From positions 1-34,749 of the forward strand of contig JBNJGY010000021.1 of the NCBI GenBank assembly GCA_051748045.1: DNA of 34,749 nucleotides, written 5' to 3'. The stretch is from Thermotogota bacterium. GTDB lineage: Bacteria; Thermotogota; Thermotogae; Petrotogales; Petrotogaceae. Both the position numbers and the translations under genes were made by a program. Below, one piece after another: positions 18,887 to 28,553 of the stretch; position 1 is the first letter of the stretch; every line of letters begins with the position of its first letter. The notes under the pieces are model-generated. The model saw only the letters and a program-made list of their open reading frames with translations. It ran no database searches and was not told the origin of the DNA.

Positions 18887-19164
18887 GAAAAAGATGAAAC
18901 CTTTTTCTGTTGGAAGATGGAGATTGGAATTGCTTGGCGATTCCTGTTGTTAGATACTGGTTGTTAGTTGTTTGTAAATAACATATTTTGGGAAATATTG
19001 CGTATGTCACCTTGAGCTTGTCGAAAGGTCTCTTCAGTAAATTTGCGAAGCAAATTGATAGAGTTTTATATTCTTCGACTCCAAAAACCCTCGCTCAGAA
19101 TGACAAATCGTAATGTCACCCTGAACTTGCCGAAGGGTCTAACCTTCCAACTTCCATCCTCAAA
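18887..19164 (+). repeat. Composite REP-like intergenic element, copy 2 (three cores: forward, reverse, forward)
   Basis: GAAA..TTTC hairpin (18887-18907); heptamers from 18910; cores at 19005-19031 (+), 19069-19105 (-) and 19114-19140 (+); AATTTGC-GAA-GCAAATT hairpin (19040-19056); inverted heptamers (19144-19164). Confidence 0.9.
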
Positions 19165-19211
19165 CTAATATAATTTCAATTTTTTAAAATACATAAACGG
19201 AGGTGTTTGTC

Positions 19212-21968
19212 TTGGAATACAAAGACACGCTTAATTTGCCCAAAACGAACTTTAAAATGAAGGCAAATTTAAAAGGAAAAGAACCACTCCAGTTAAAAAC
19301 TTGGAAAAAACTGGATTTAGAAAATTTTGTAAGAGAAGAAAGAAAAGATGCTCCAAAATTTTTATTACATGATGGACCTCCTTATGCTAATGGAGATATC
19401 CATATGGGACACGCTTTAAACAAGATATTAAAAGATTTGGTTATAAAATATAAAACTTTACAAGGGTACAATACTCCATATGTTCCTGGTTGGGATACTC
19501 ACGGTCTTCCAATAGAGCATAAAGTTACAACTGAAATGGGAGAAAAAGCAAAACATAAATCAAAGATAGATATAAGAAAAGCATGCGAAAAATACGCAAT
19601 GAAACATTATAGAAAACAAAAAGATGAATTCATAAGACTTGGTTTGAGAGGAGATTGGGATCATCCATACTTGACTCTTCACCATGAATATGAATCTTCT
19701 GTTTTAGATACTTTAAAAAGTCTTGTAGATTCAGGTAATGTTTATAGGAATAAAAAACCAATTTACTGGTGTTCAGAATGTGAAACAGCTTTAGCAGAGG
19801 CAGAAGTTGAATATCATGATCATTCATCACCTTCAATTTTTGTTAAATTTGAGTATGAACCAAATACTTATATGGTTATTTGGACAACAACACCTTGGAC
19901 ACTTCCAGCTAATGTTGCCATAGCTGCTCACAAAGATTTCGAATATGCAAAGATAAAAGTTGGAGAAGAATACTGGATTTTGGCAAAAGAATTGATTGAA
20001 AAAGTATTAAAAGCTGCTGAAATAGAAGATTATGAAATTATTGATACTTTTAAAGGTTCTGAGCTAGAAGGTAAAACTGCTAAACATCCATTTATAGATA
20101 GAGAGTCACAATTAGTATTGGCAGATTACGTTACTTTGGAAGACGGTACAGGACTTGTTCATACTGCTCCTGGACATGGTAATGATGACTATATAACTGG
20201 ATTAAAATACAAATTACCTGTTGTTTCTCCAGTAGATCATCAAGGGAAATTCACAAATGAAGTTCCAAAATATGAAGGAATGAAGATTTGGGATGCAAAT
20301 AAATCTATAATAGAAGACTTGAAAGAAAGCGGACATCTTGTTGCAGTTGAAAAAATAGAACATTCATATCCACACTGTTGGAGATGTAAGAGCCCTCTTA
20401 TCTTCAGAGCTACAGAACAATGGTTTATTGGTGTTGATCACAATAACTTAAGAAACAAGGTTCTCGAAGAAGTTGACAAAGTTAAATGGATCCCTGATTG
20501 GGGTGAAAAGAGATTCAAAGGTATGGTTAACGACAAACCAGACTGGTGTATTTCAAGACAAAGATCATGGGGTATTCCTATTCCAGCTGTTTATTGTGAA
20601 GATTGTGGAGAAGTTTCTCTGACTTCAGAACAATTAGAACACGTCATAAAAATTGTGGAAAAAGAAGGAACAAACGCATGGTTTACAAAAGATGTTAATG
20701 AATTGATCCCAGAAGGATTCAAGTGTCCAAAATGTGGTGGAACACATTTCAAAAAAGAAGAAGATATTTTAGATGTTTGGGTAGATTCAGGTGCTTCTTG
20801 GGAAGCGGTTGTTAATAAAAGAGAAGAATTAAACAAATACCCAGTTGATTTATACCTTGAAGGTTCAGACCAACATAGAGGTTGGTTCCAAAGTTCAATT
20901 TTCTTATCTGTTGGTAAAAATGAAATAGCTCCTTATAAAGCTGTTTTAACTCATGGTTTCGTAAAAGACAAAGAAGGCAAAAAAATGTCAAAATCCATGG
21001 GTAATGTTATAAGTCCTCTTGAAATTATGGACAAATATGGAGCAGATATTTTGAGACTTTGGGTTGCTTCTGCAGACTACAGAGGAGATATCAAAATCTC
21101 TTACGACATTTTAAAACAACAAACAGAAGTATACAGAAAATTTAGAAATACTGTTAGATTTTTATTAGGTAATATTTCTGATTTTGACCCAAAAAAAGAT
21201 TATGTTAAATATGAAGATATGTATGAAGTGGATAAATGGGGCATGATTAAGCTTCATGATTTAATAAAAAATGTCACTGACGCTTATGATAACTATGGGT
21301 TCTACAGAGTTCATCATATGTTAAATAGATTTTGTACAATAGATATGAGTTCAATTTATTTAGATATTATAAAAGATAGAATATACACAGAAGGAACAAA
21401 ATCAAAATTAAGAAGATCAGCACAAACTGTTATGTATGAAATAGCATTAGCATTGACAAAAATGATGACACCTATTCTTTCATTCACAGCTGAAGAGATC
21501 TACAAATATCTTCCAGAACAGGCTCAAAAACACGAAACAGTTCAATTAGAAGAATGGCCAGAATTCAAAGAAGAATACATGGATGAAAAAATCATTTCTA
21601 AATGGGAAAAAATGCTTGAATTGAGAGAAGATGTAACAAAAGCCCTCGAAGAAAAAAGAAGAGATAAGTTCATTGGAAACTCGCTCGATGCAAAAGTAAT
21701 CGTTGAAACTAAAAATAAAGAATTGAAAGAACTATTGAAAGAATACGATAACTACTTCTTATCCGATGTATTCATTACATCACAATTCGAGCTTGGAGAC
21801 GTTGACGAAGGATTCGAAGGTAATGTTTCAAAAGTAAAAGTTGTTAAAGCAGAAGGCGAAAAATGTGAAAGATGTTGGAAAGCTGACCCTAAAACAGGTG
21901 AAGACTCTGAACATCCTGGAACATGTCCAAGATGTGCTGCTGTTTTAAGAGGCGAAAGAGAAACTTAA
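19212..21968 (+). CDS. ileS: Isoleucine--tRNA ligase (type 1)
   Basis: HDGPPYANGDIHMGH, GWDTHGLPIE, WTTTPWTLP, EGSDQHRGWF, KMSKS and C-terminal CERC..CPRC zinc finger. TTG start at 19212 follows GGAGGTG. Confidence 0.98.
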   Translation: MEYKDTLNLPKTNFKMKANLKGKEPLQLKTWKKLDLENFVREERKDAPKFLLHDGPPYANGDIHMGHALNKILKDLVIKYKTLQGYNTPYVPGWDTHGLPIEHKVTTEMGEKAKHKSKIDIRKACEKYAMKHYRKQKDEFIRLGLRGDWDHPYLTLHHEYESSVLDTLKSLVDSGNVYRNKKPIYWCSECETALAEAEVEYHDHSSPSIFVKFEYEPNTYMVIWTTTPWTLPANVAIAAHKDFEYAKIKVGEEYWILAKELIEKVLKAAEIEDYEIIDTFKGSELEGKTAKHPFIDRESQLVLADYVTLEDGTGLVHTAPGHGNDDYITGLKYKLPVVSPVDHQGKFTNEVPKYEGMKIWDANKSIIEDLKESGHLVAVEKIEHSYPHCWRCKSPLIFRATEQWFIGVDHNNLRNKVLEEVDKVKWIPDWGEKRFKGMVNDKPDWCISRQRSWGIPIPAVYCEDCGEVSLTSEQLEHVIKIVEKEGTNAWFTKDVNELIPEGFKCPKCGGTHFKKEEDILDVWVDSGASWEAVVNKREELNKYPVDLYLEGSDQHRGWFQSSIFLSVGKNEIAPYKAVLTHGFVKDKEGKKMSKSMGNVISPLEIMDKYGADILRLWVASADYRGDIKISYDILKQQTEVYRKFRNTVRFLLGNISDFDPKKDYVKYEDMYEVDKWGMIKLHDLIKNVTDAYDNYGFYRVHHMLNRFCTIDMSSIYLDIIKDRIYTEGTKSKLRRSAQTVMYEIALALTKMMTPILSFTAEEIYKYLPEQAQKHETVQLEEWPEFKEEYMDEKIISKWEKMLELREDVTKALEEKRRDKFIGNSLDAKVIVETKNKELKELLKEYDNYFLSDVFITSQFELGDVDEGFEGNVSKVKVVKAEGEKCERCWKADPKTGEDSEHPGTCPRCAAVLRGERET

Positions 21969-21983
21969 TAATATTTTTAATCT

Positions 21984-22013
21984 AACCCATCAGTTTATCT
22001 GATGGGTTTTTTT
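21984..22013 (+). terminator. Intrinsic terminator after ileS
   Basis: AACCCATCAG-tttat-CTGATGGGTT plus T-tract. Confidence 0.88.
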
Positions 22014-22068
22014 ATCATAAATTTTTAATAATTCCTTAAGAAAATCTTTATTTATTAAATGTAAAATT

Positions 22069-22101
22069 TATTTCGGTTACGAAATATTCGAGTTCGAAAT
22101 A
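22069..22101. promoter_or_regulatory. Tandem palindromic operator, probably MarR autoregulation
   Basis: TATTTCG-gtta-CGAAATA (22069-22086) and ATATTCG-agtt-CGAAATA (22084-22101), 15 bp apart, just before the marR RBS. Confidence 0.6.
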
Positions 22102-22117
22102 AAAAATGAGGTGATTT

Positions 22118-22570
22118 ATGGAAAACAAAGCTATAGATATCGTGAAAAATTTAAAAAAAATTATGGATTTAGTTGGAAAAGCTGTAAAAAGCGAATTCAA
22201 AGAAAAAAATCTTACCAGTTCTCAAGTAATGCTTATTGGTATACTATCTCATAAAAAAGAACTCAAAACTAGTGAGTTAAGTAAAGAACTAGGTCTTTCT
22301 AATAGTACTGTTTCTGGTATTTTAGATAGATTAGAAGAAAAGAATTTGATTGAAAGAACAAGAAGTGACAAAGATAGAAGAGTTATAAAAGTCAGACTAA
22401 ACAAAGAGTTTCAAAATTCTATGATTGATAAATATATGGGGGTAGAAGAAAAAATAACAAATATAATTAACAAGTCTCCTAACGAAGAAATAGATTTTAT
22501 TTTTAAAGGATTAGAAAATCTCAGAAAAATGTTAGAAGATGAACTTAAAGAGGAGTCAAAAAAATGTTAA
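22118..22570 (+). CDS. MarR family transcriptional regulator
   Basis: LTSSQ...SELSKELGLSNSTVSGILDRLEEKNLIER...DRR. Confidence 0.93.
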   Translation: MENKAIDIVKNLKKIMDLVGKAVKSEFKEKNLTSSQVMLIGILSHKKELKTSELSKELGLSNSTVSGILDRLEEKNLIERTRSDKDRRVIKVRLNKEFQNSMIDKYMGVEEKITNIINKSPNEEIDFIFKGLENLRKMLEDELKEESKKC

Positions 22571-24786
22571 AGCTGATTAGATATTTAAAACCATATACTT
22601 TTTTGCTTATAATGGCTATATTTTTACTCTTTGTCCAAGCGATGAGTGAATTAGCTTTACCTGATTATATGTCAGATATAGTCAACAATGGAATACAACA
22701 AGGTGGTATTGAAACAGCTGTTCCAAAAGGTATGAGAGAAAGTACTATGGATAAAATCACTCTTTTTATGGATAGTGAAGAGAAAGAATTTGTTTTGAAT
22801 AATTATGATTTTGTGGATAGCTCTTCTGAAGGTTATGACAAATATTTAGAAGAATACAAAGTTTTGAAAGAAGAAAATATATATGTTTTAAAAGATATTT
22901 CAAATAAAATAAAAGACGATTTAATCCCTATACTTGGAAAAACTCTTATGACTGTTTCAAGCATTCAACAAGCCAAAGAAAATGCTGAAGACGGGGTTAT
23001 GAATTTAAACGGTATGGAAGTACCTGCTAATATGAATGTCTATAACATACTCAAGCTTATGCCTGAATCTCAAAGAAAAGAAATGACTAAACAAATAGAT
23101 AAACAGATAGAAGCTTTGGGTGAAGATATGGTCAACCAAGCAGCGATTGCTGCTGTTGAAAAAGAGTATATAGAACTTGGTATAGATGTGGATGAAATGC
23201 AAAACGACTATATTTTGAGCACTGGATTTTGGATGCTAATGATTTCTCTTTTGAGTGCCGCCAGTACAATCGCTGTAAGCTTTTTAGCTGCTAAAATTGG
23301 TTCTGGGGCTGCGAAAGATATAAGATATGATGTTTTTTCAAAAGTTGAAAATTTTTCTAATTCTGAATTTGTAAATTTTTCAACTGCATCACTAATAACA
23401 AGAACGACAAACGATATTATTCAAATCCAACTGGTTCTTATTTTGATGATAAGAATGGTTTTTTATGCTCCTATAATGGGTACTGGAGGGATTATAAAAG
23501 CTCTTGAAACAAGTCCTTCCATGTCTTGGATAATAGCACTTGCAGTTATAGTTTTGTTAGGTTTAATAGCTGTTGTTTTTTCAATAGCTCTTCCAAAATT
23601 CAAAAGAATGCAAAAACTTATAGATAGATTGAATCTCGTTACAAGGGAAAACCTTTCTGGAATGATGGTTATTAGAGCTTTTAACACACAAAATTTTGAA
23701 GAAGATAGATTTGATAAAGCAAACACTGAACTGACAAAAACACAACTTTTCGTTAACAGGGTCATGGTTTCCTTGATGCCTGTTATGATGTTTGTTATGA
23801 ACGGAGTTATGGTTCTTATTGTTTGGGTTGGAGCACATCAAATTTCTGAATCTTCTTTGCAAGTGGGGGATATGATGGCTTATATGCAATATGCGATGCA
23901 GATTATTTTCGCATTTTTAATGCTTTCAGCTATGTTTATAATGCTTCCAAGGGCAACTGTCTCAGCAAAAAGAGTTAAAGAAGTTATCGATGTTGAACCT
24001 GAAATCAAAGATCCAGAAGAACCAAAAAATATTAAAAATCCAAAAGGTTTGATAGAATTTAAAAATGTTTCTTATAAATTCCCACACGCAGAAGAACCTA
24101 TTTTAAAAAACATATCTTTCACAGCTGAACCAGGAAAAACAACAGCCATAATAGGCTCAACCGGATCTGGTAAATCTACATTAGTAAACATGATCCCAAG
24201 GTTCTATGATGCTACTGAGGGGCAGATCCTCTTAGATGGAATTGATATTAGAGAAATAACTCAACATGAATTGAGAAATCAAATAGGCTATGTACCACAG
24301 AATGGTGTTCTATTCAGTGGAAATATTGAATCTAATTTAAAATATGCTGACGAAAATGCATCAGAAGAACTTATAAACAAAGCAATAGATATAGCACAAG
24401 CAAGGGAGATTATAGAAGAAAAAGAAGAAGGGATTTACGCCCCTATTTCACAAGGAGGAACTAACGTTTCTGGGGGGCAAAAACAAAGGTTATCAATTGC
24501 ACGTGCACTTGTTAAACAACCTAATGTGTTTATCTTCGATGACAGTTTTTCTGCTTTAGACTTTAAAACAGATTCTAGGTTGAGAAAAAAGCTCAACGAA
24601 GAAACGGGAGACAGTACTATACTTATCGTAGCCCAAAGAATAGCTACTATAAAAAATGCTGAACAAATTCTCGTGTTAGACGAAGGAGAAATTGTAGGTA
24701 AAGGAACACATAAAGAGTTGATGAAAAGCTGTAAAACTTATCAAGAAATCGCATTATCTCAATTATCCAGGGAGGAATTAGAATGA
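22564..24786 (+). CDS. Heterodimeric ABC exporter subunit 1 (TMD+NBD, degenerate catalytic residues)
   Basis: GSTGSGKST, VSGGQKQR, Walker B IFDD (Asp for catalytic Glu), switch AQR (Gln for His); TM287-like pattern. Confidence 0.93.
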   Translation: MLKLIRYLKPYTFLLIMAIFLLFVQAMSELALPDYMSDIVNNGIQQGGIETAVPKGMRESTMDKITLFMDSEEKEFVLNNYDFVDSSSEGYDKYLEEYKVLKEENIYVLKDISNKIKDDLIPILGKTLMTVSSIQQAKENAEDGVMNLNGMEVPANMNVYNILKLMPESQRKEMTKQIDKQIEALGEDMVNQAAIAAVEKEYIELGIDVDEMQNDYILSTGFWMLMISLLSAASTIAVSFLAAKIGSGAAKDIRYDVFSKVENFSNSEFVNFSTASLITRTTNDIIQIQLVLILMIRMVFYAPIMGTGGIIKALETSPSMSWIIALAVIVLLGLIAVVFSIALPKFKRMQKLIDRLNLVTRENLSGMMVIRAFNTQNFEEDRFDKANTELTKTQLFVNRVMVSLMPVMMFVMNGVMVLIVWVGAHQISESSLQVGDMMAYMQYAMQIIFAFLMLSAMFIMLPRATVSAKRVKEVIDVEPEIKDPEEPKNIKNPKGLIEFKNVSYKFPHAEEPILKNISFTAEPGKTTAIIGSTGSGKSTLVNMIPRFYDATEGQILLDGIDIREITQHELRNQIGYVPQNGVLFSGNIESNLKYADENASEELINKAIDIAQAREIIEEKEEGIYAPISQGGTNVSGGQKQRLSIARALVKQPNVFIFDDSFSALDFKTDSRLRKKLNEETGDSTILIVAQRIATIKNAEQILVLDEGEIVGKGTHKELMKSCKTYQEIALSQLSREELE

Positions 24787-26636
24787 GTAAAGAACAAAAA
24801 AAGCGTCCTCAACATGGTCCAGGTTCTGGCCCTGCGATGATGAGAGGTGGAGAAAAACCCAAAAACTTTGGTAAATCTTTTAAAAAATTGTTGAACTACA
24901 TTAGTGAATACAAAATTCCCATTATAATAGTTTTTATATTTGCAGCTGGTTCTGCAGCGTTGATGATTTTTGGCCCAAAAGTACTTGGTAACGTAACGAC
25001 TGAAATTTTTGAAGGTCTTATGGAAAAAATAGCTGGTACCGGAGAGGGTATAGATTTTGGAAAAGTTGCAAACACATTGATGATTCTTTTAGGACTTTAT
25101 TCTATCAGTGCCTTATTTAGTTATATTCAAGGATGGATTATGTCTGGTATTTCGATGAAAATCACGTATAAATTTAGAAAACAGATTTCTGAAAAGATGA
25201 ACAAAATGCCTTTCAGATACTTTGACAATACAAACCAAGGTGAAGTTTTATCCAGAGTTACAAACGATGTCGATCTTCTCAGTCAATCAATGAATCAGAG
25301 TTTGACCCAACTGATAACTTCTGTCACAACTATAATTGGTATTTTGATTATGATGTTGACGATAAGTTGGAGAATGACTCTTGTAGCTCTTGGAATAATA
25401 CCTTTATCAGTCTTTTTAATAGCTTTCATAGTCAAATACTCACAGAAATTTTTCAAGCAACAACAAGATTATCTCGGAAATGTAAATGGCCATGTTGAAG
25501 AAATGTACGGTGGTCACGTTGTTATGAAAGCTTTTAACGGTGAAAAAGATAGTATTGAAAGATTCGATGCATTGAACGAAAAACTTTATGGTGCTGCTTG
25601 GAAATCACAATTTTTATCTGGGCTTATGATGCCTATTATGAGATGGGTTGGTAATTTAGGATACGTTGCAATAAGTATTCTTGGTGGTTTTTTAGCTGCA
25701 CAGAGAATGATCGCAGTTGGAGATATTCAAGCTTTTATTCAATATGTGAGACAATTTACACAGCCTATCGCACAAGTTGCAAACATATCCAATATACTTC
25801 AACAAACAATCGCAGCTGCAGAAAGAATCTTCGAATTTTTGGAAGAAGAAGAAGAACCTGTTGAAACAACTAACCCAATCAATCCAGAAAAATTAAAAGG
25901 TGAAGTAGTATTCAAAAATGTTCACTTTGGTTATGATGAAGAAAAGATTATAATAAACGATTTTTCTGCAAAAGCTAAACCAGGACAAAAAATAGCAATA
26001 GTAGGGCCAACAGGTGCAGGAAAGACAACTATGGTGAAGCTTTTGATGAGATTTTATGATGTTAATTCTGGTGAAATTCTAATTGATGGTTATAACATAC
26101 AGGATTTCACAAGACACGATTTAAGAGCTCAATTTGGAATGGTTTTACAAGATACCTGGTTGTATAACGAAAATATAAGAGAAAACATAAGATATGGAAA
26201 TCTAAACGCATCTGATGAAGAAGTTTATGAAGCAGCAAAAGCAGCTCATGTTGAAAGCTTTGTTCACGCACTACCTGAAGGTTACGATTTAGTCTTAAAC
26301 GAAGAAATAACCAATATTTCTCAAGGACAAAAACAGCTTATAACAATCGCAAGAGCTTTTCTTAAAAATCCAAAAATGCTTATTCTCGATGAAGCTACAA
26401 GTTCTGTTGATACAAGAACTGAACTTCAAATCCAAAAAGCTATGGACAAACTAATGGAGGGAAGAACCAGCTTTATTATTGCACATAGGTTATCTACCAT
26501 TAAGAATGCTGATTTAATTCTTGTTATGAATCATGGAGATATTATTGAACAAGGTACACATGAAGAATTATTGAAAAAAGATGGATTCTACGCGGATTTA
26601 TATAAAAGTCAATTTGAAGATCCAATGACAGCTTAA
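24783..26636 (+). CDS. Heterodimeric ABC exporter subunit 2 (TMD+NBD)
   Basis: GPTGAGKTT, signature ISQGQ, LDEATSSVD, IAHRL; ATGA overlap with subunit 1; TM288-like pattern. Confidence 0.94.
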   Translation: MSKEQKKRPQHGPGSGPAMMRGGEKPKNFGKSFKKLLNYISEYKIPIIIVFIFAAGSAALMIFGPKVLGNVTTEIFEGLMEKIAGTGEGIDFGKVANTLMILLGLYSISALFSYIQGWIMSGISMKITYKFRKQISEKMNKMPFRYFDNTNQGEVLSRVTNDVDLLSQSMNQSLTQLITSVTTIIGILIMMLTISWRMTLVALGIIPLSVFLIAFIVKYSQKFFKQQQDYLGNVNGHVEEMYGGHVVMKAFNGEKDSIERFDALNEKLYGAAWKSQFLSGLMMPIMRWVGNLGYVAISILGGFLAAQRMIAVGDIQAFIQYVRQFTQPIAQVANISNILQQTIAAAERIFEFLEEEEEPVETTNPINPEKLKGEVVFKNVHFGYDEEKIIINDFSAKAKPGQKIAIVGPTGAGKTTMVKLLMRFYDVNSGEILIDGYNIQDFTRHDLRAQFGMVLQDTWLYNENIRENIRYGNLNASDEEVYEAAKAAHVESFVHALPEGYDLVLNEEITNISQGQKQLITIARAFLKNPKMLILDEATSSVDTRTELQIQKAMDKLMEGRTSFIIAHRLSTIKNADLILVMNHGDIIEQGTHEELLKKDGFYADLYKSQFEDPMTA

Positions 26637-26638
26637 AT

Positions 26639-26675
26639 AAAAAAGATTCCTGTATAATTACAGGAATCTTTTTTT
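26639..26675 (+). terminator. Intrinsic terminator after the ABC operon
   Basis: AAAAAAGATTCCTGTA-taat-TACAGGAATCTTTTTTT. Confidence 0.88.
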
Positions 26676-26703
26676 GACATTTTTATAAATCAAATGATAT
26701 AAT
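26674..26703 (+). promoter_or_regulatory. Sigma70 promoter for the DUF3795 gene
   Basis: TTGACA (26674-26679), 18-nt spacer, TATAAT (26698-26703) with TG extension; the -35 overlaps the terminator T-tract. Confidence 0.7.
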
Positions 26704-26733
26704 TATGTATAACTAAAAAAGAGGTGGGATTTT

Positions 26734-27024
26734 ATGATTGCGTATTGTGGGCTAGATTGTTCAAAATGCGATATTTTTATTGCAACTGAAAATAATGATA
26801 GAGATAAAATTGTCTCAACTTTGAATCAATGGAAGAGTGAGATTGGTTTAGATTATAAAGAAAGTGATCTAAACGGATGTGAAGGTTGTAAATCTGATAT
26901 GGTTCTTTCTTACTGTTCAAACTGTGATATAGAAAAATGTGCAATTTCTAAAAATGTTTCAACATGTTCAGAATGTCCTGATTATAAATGTGATAGGATC
27001 AAAAAATTTTATGGTGAAACATAA
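26734..27024 (+). CDS. Cys-rich DUF3795-type protein
   Basis: IAYCGLDCSKC...CEGCK...CSNCDIEKCA...CSECPDYKC pattern. Confidence 0.85.
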   Translation: MIAYCGLDCSKCDIFIATENNDRDKIVSTLNQWKSEIGLDYKESDLNGCEGCKSDMVLSYCSNCDIEKCAISKNVSTCSECPDYKCDRIKKFYGET

Positions 27025-27027
27025 ACT

Positions 27028-27061
27028 AAAAATATGACATATCGAGATATGTCATATTTTT
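27028..27061. terminator. Palindrome / bidirectional terminator between convergent genes
   Basis: AAAAATATGACATATC-ga-GATATGTCATATTTTT, perfect 16-bp arms. Confidence 0.7.
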
Positions 27062-28260
27062 TATTCTCCCTTATGAAAAAACATTGTTTCAATTGTTTTC
27101 AACATAATTTGTAAATCAAGCATTATATTTCTATTTTTAATATAATATAAATCATATTCAGTCTTTCTTTTATAGTCTTCAAGATTTTGAGTGTATTTAT
27201 AGTAGATTTGCGCCCATCCAGTTATTCCAGGATTTGTTTGATATCTTAAATTATAATAATTGATTTTTTTCTTCATTTCTAAGTGAAATTTTTCTATTTC
27301 TGGCCTCGGACCAACTATAGACATATCTCCTTTGATAACATTCACAAACTGTAAAATTTCATCTATTCTTATTTTTCGAATTATCTTTCCTGATTTCAAT
27401 ATATTTCCCTTATCATCCATCGTTCTGAATTTAATCATATAAAAAGGCTTTTCATTTTTTCCAAATCGCTTTTGTTCAAAAATTAGAGGAGTCCCTGATT
27501 CAACAAAAATAAAAATAGATATTAAAAACATTATTGGAGAAAATATAATAAGAAAAAGTATACTTAAGAAAATATCTATAAATCTCTTAAATTTAGGCTC
27601 TTCTTTTTCAGAAAAAAATATTTTATAGTACTCATCAAAAGAATACATAAGCTTTAAAGAAATTCTTTTTAAATATTTTTCTGAAATAGTTGTTATATAA
27701 TCTTTTTGAATATTATTTTCATCTATAAATTTTTTAATCTTATCTGGCATAAATGGATTTGCTATTAAAATTTTATCAAAATTAACATTATTATTAAAAA
27801 TCACTAAATCATCTAAAGAATCAAAATAAGAAACAAAAAGTAGATTATCTCTAGACTTGTCTGAAATTTCTTTTAATATATCTTTATAATAATTTTTTTT
27901 ACCAAAAACAATATATCTAATAGGTTTCACATATTTTCTTTCATATCTAAAAAATATTATATGTATGAAAGGAATAAGAATAGAAGATAAGAATAATTTA
28001 AAAATATTATAATTATCTAACAAATAATTAGAAAAAATAGAAATAATAAATATCAAAAAACTACTGGCTAAAAATCCTGAAAAATATCTTATAATAATTT
28101 CTGAAGGAGTTATGCTTGTATCGTTATCAAAAAGTTTAAAAGCATACAACCCTATGTAAATTGCTAGAGTATAAAAAATACTCAAACCTATATTTTGAAA
28201 AATTATAAAATTAATTATTAACAACATTACAATTTCAATTAACTTCAATTTTTTAAACAT
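27061..28260 (-). CDS. Polyprenyl-phosphate glycosylphosphotransferase (WcaJ/WbaP-type priming sugar transferase)
   Basis: N-terminal TMs; KRFIDI, KFRTM, RIDEILQFVNVIKGDMSIVGPRPE, PGITGWAQI, YDLYYIKN. Confidence 0.93.
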   Translation of the reverse strand: MFKKLKLIEIVMLLIINFIIFQNIGLSIFYTLAIYIGLYAFKLFDNDTSITPSEIIIRYFSGFLASSFLIFIISIFSNYLLDNYNIFKLFLSSILIPFIHIIFFRYERKYVKPIRYIVFGKKNYYKDILKEISDKSRDNLLFVSYFDSLDDLVIFNNNVNFDKILIANPFMPDKIKKFIDENNIQKDYITTISEKYLKRISLKLMYSFDEYYKIFFSEKEEPKFKRFIDIFLSILFLIIFSPIMFLISIFIFVESGTPLIFEQKRFGKNEKPFYMIKFRTMDDKGNILKSGKIIRKIRIDEILQFVNVIKGDMSIVGPRPEIEKFHLEMKKKINYYNLRYQTNPGITGWAQIYYKYTQNLEDYKRKTEYDLYYIKNRNIMLDLQIMLKTIETMFFHKGE

Positions 28261-28370
28261 ATAAAACCCCTCATATTAAGAATTAATAGTAATTATAAAG
28301 AATATGTTGTTTAATATTATTTATGTATTAAAATTTTCTTCACAAGAAAAATTTATGTTATAATAATAAT

Positions 28371-28502
28371 ATAGTTATTGGAAAAATAGTAAGCCCCATA
28401 GAAACAGAGTAAGTCGCTGTTTTTAGCCTCAAGTATTCACCCTACTTGAAAAGTAAACCCTCATTAATGGCAGATTGAAAAACTCAATCTGCCAAATTTT
28501 TT
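28371..28502 (+). ncRNA. Candidate small RNA (unknown family)
   Basis: TGT-TATAAT at 28356-28364; hairpins at 28399-28425 and 28429-28449; terminator TGGCAGATTGA-aaaac-TCAATCTGCCA (28468-28494) followed by T6; no RBS-led ORF. Ends are estimated. Confidence 0.5.
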
Positions 28503-28553
28503 ATGTTAAAGCATTTTATTATAATTATACCATTTATGAAATCTATTTTTTAT

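Noticed and set aside
18873-19200. T-box riboswitch upstream of ileS
   Set aside because: No T-box consensus (AAGGTGGNACCRCG-like) or antiterminator/terminator before the RBS; the region is explained by the repeat family.
28371-28502. c-di-GMP riboswitch or tracrRNA-like RNA
   Set aside because: Conserved c-di-GMP-I/II core motifs were not found on either strand. The tracrRNA resemblance (ACTTGAAAAGT plus terminal hairpin) is superficial, with no anti-repeat partner or cas9.
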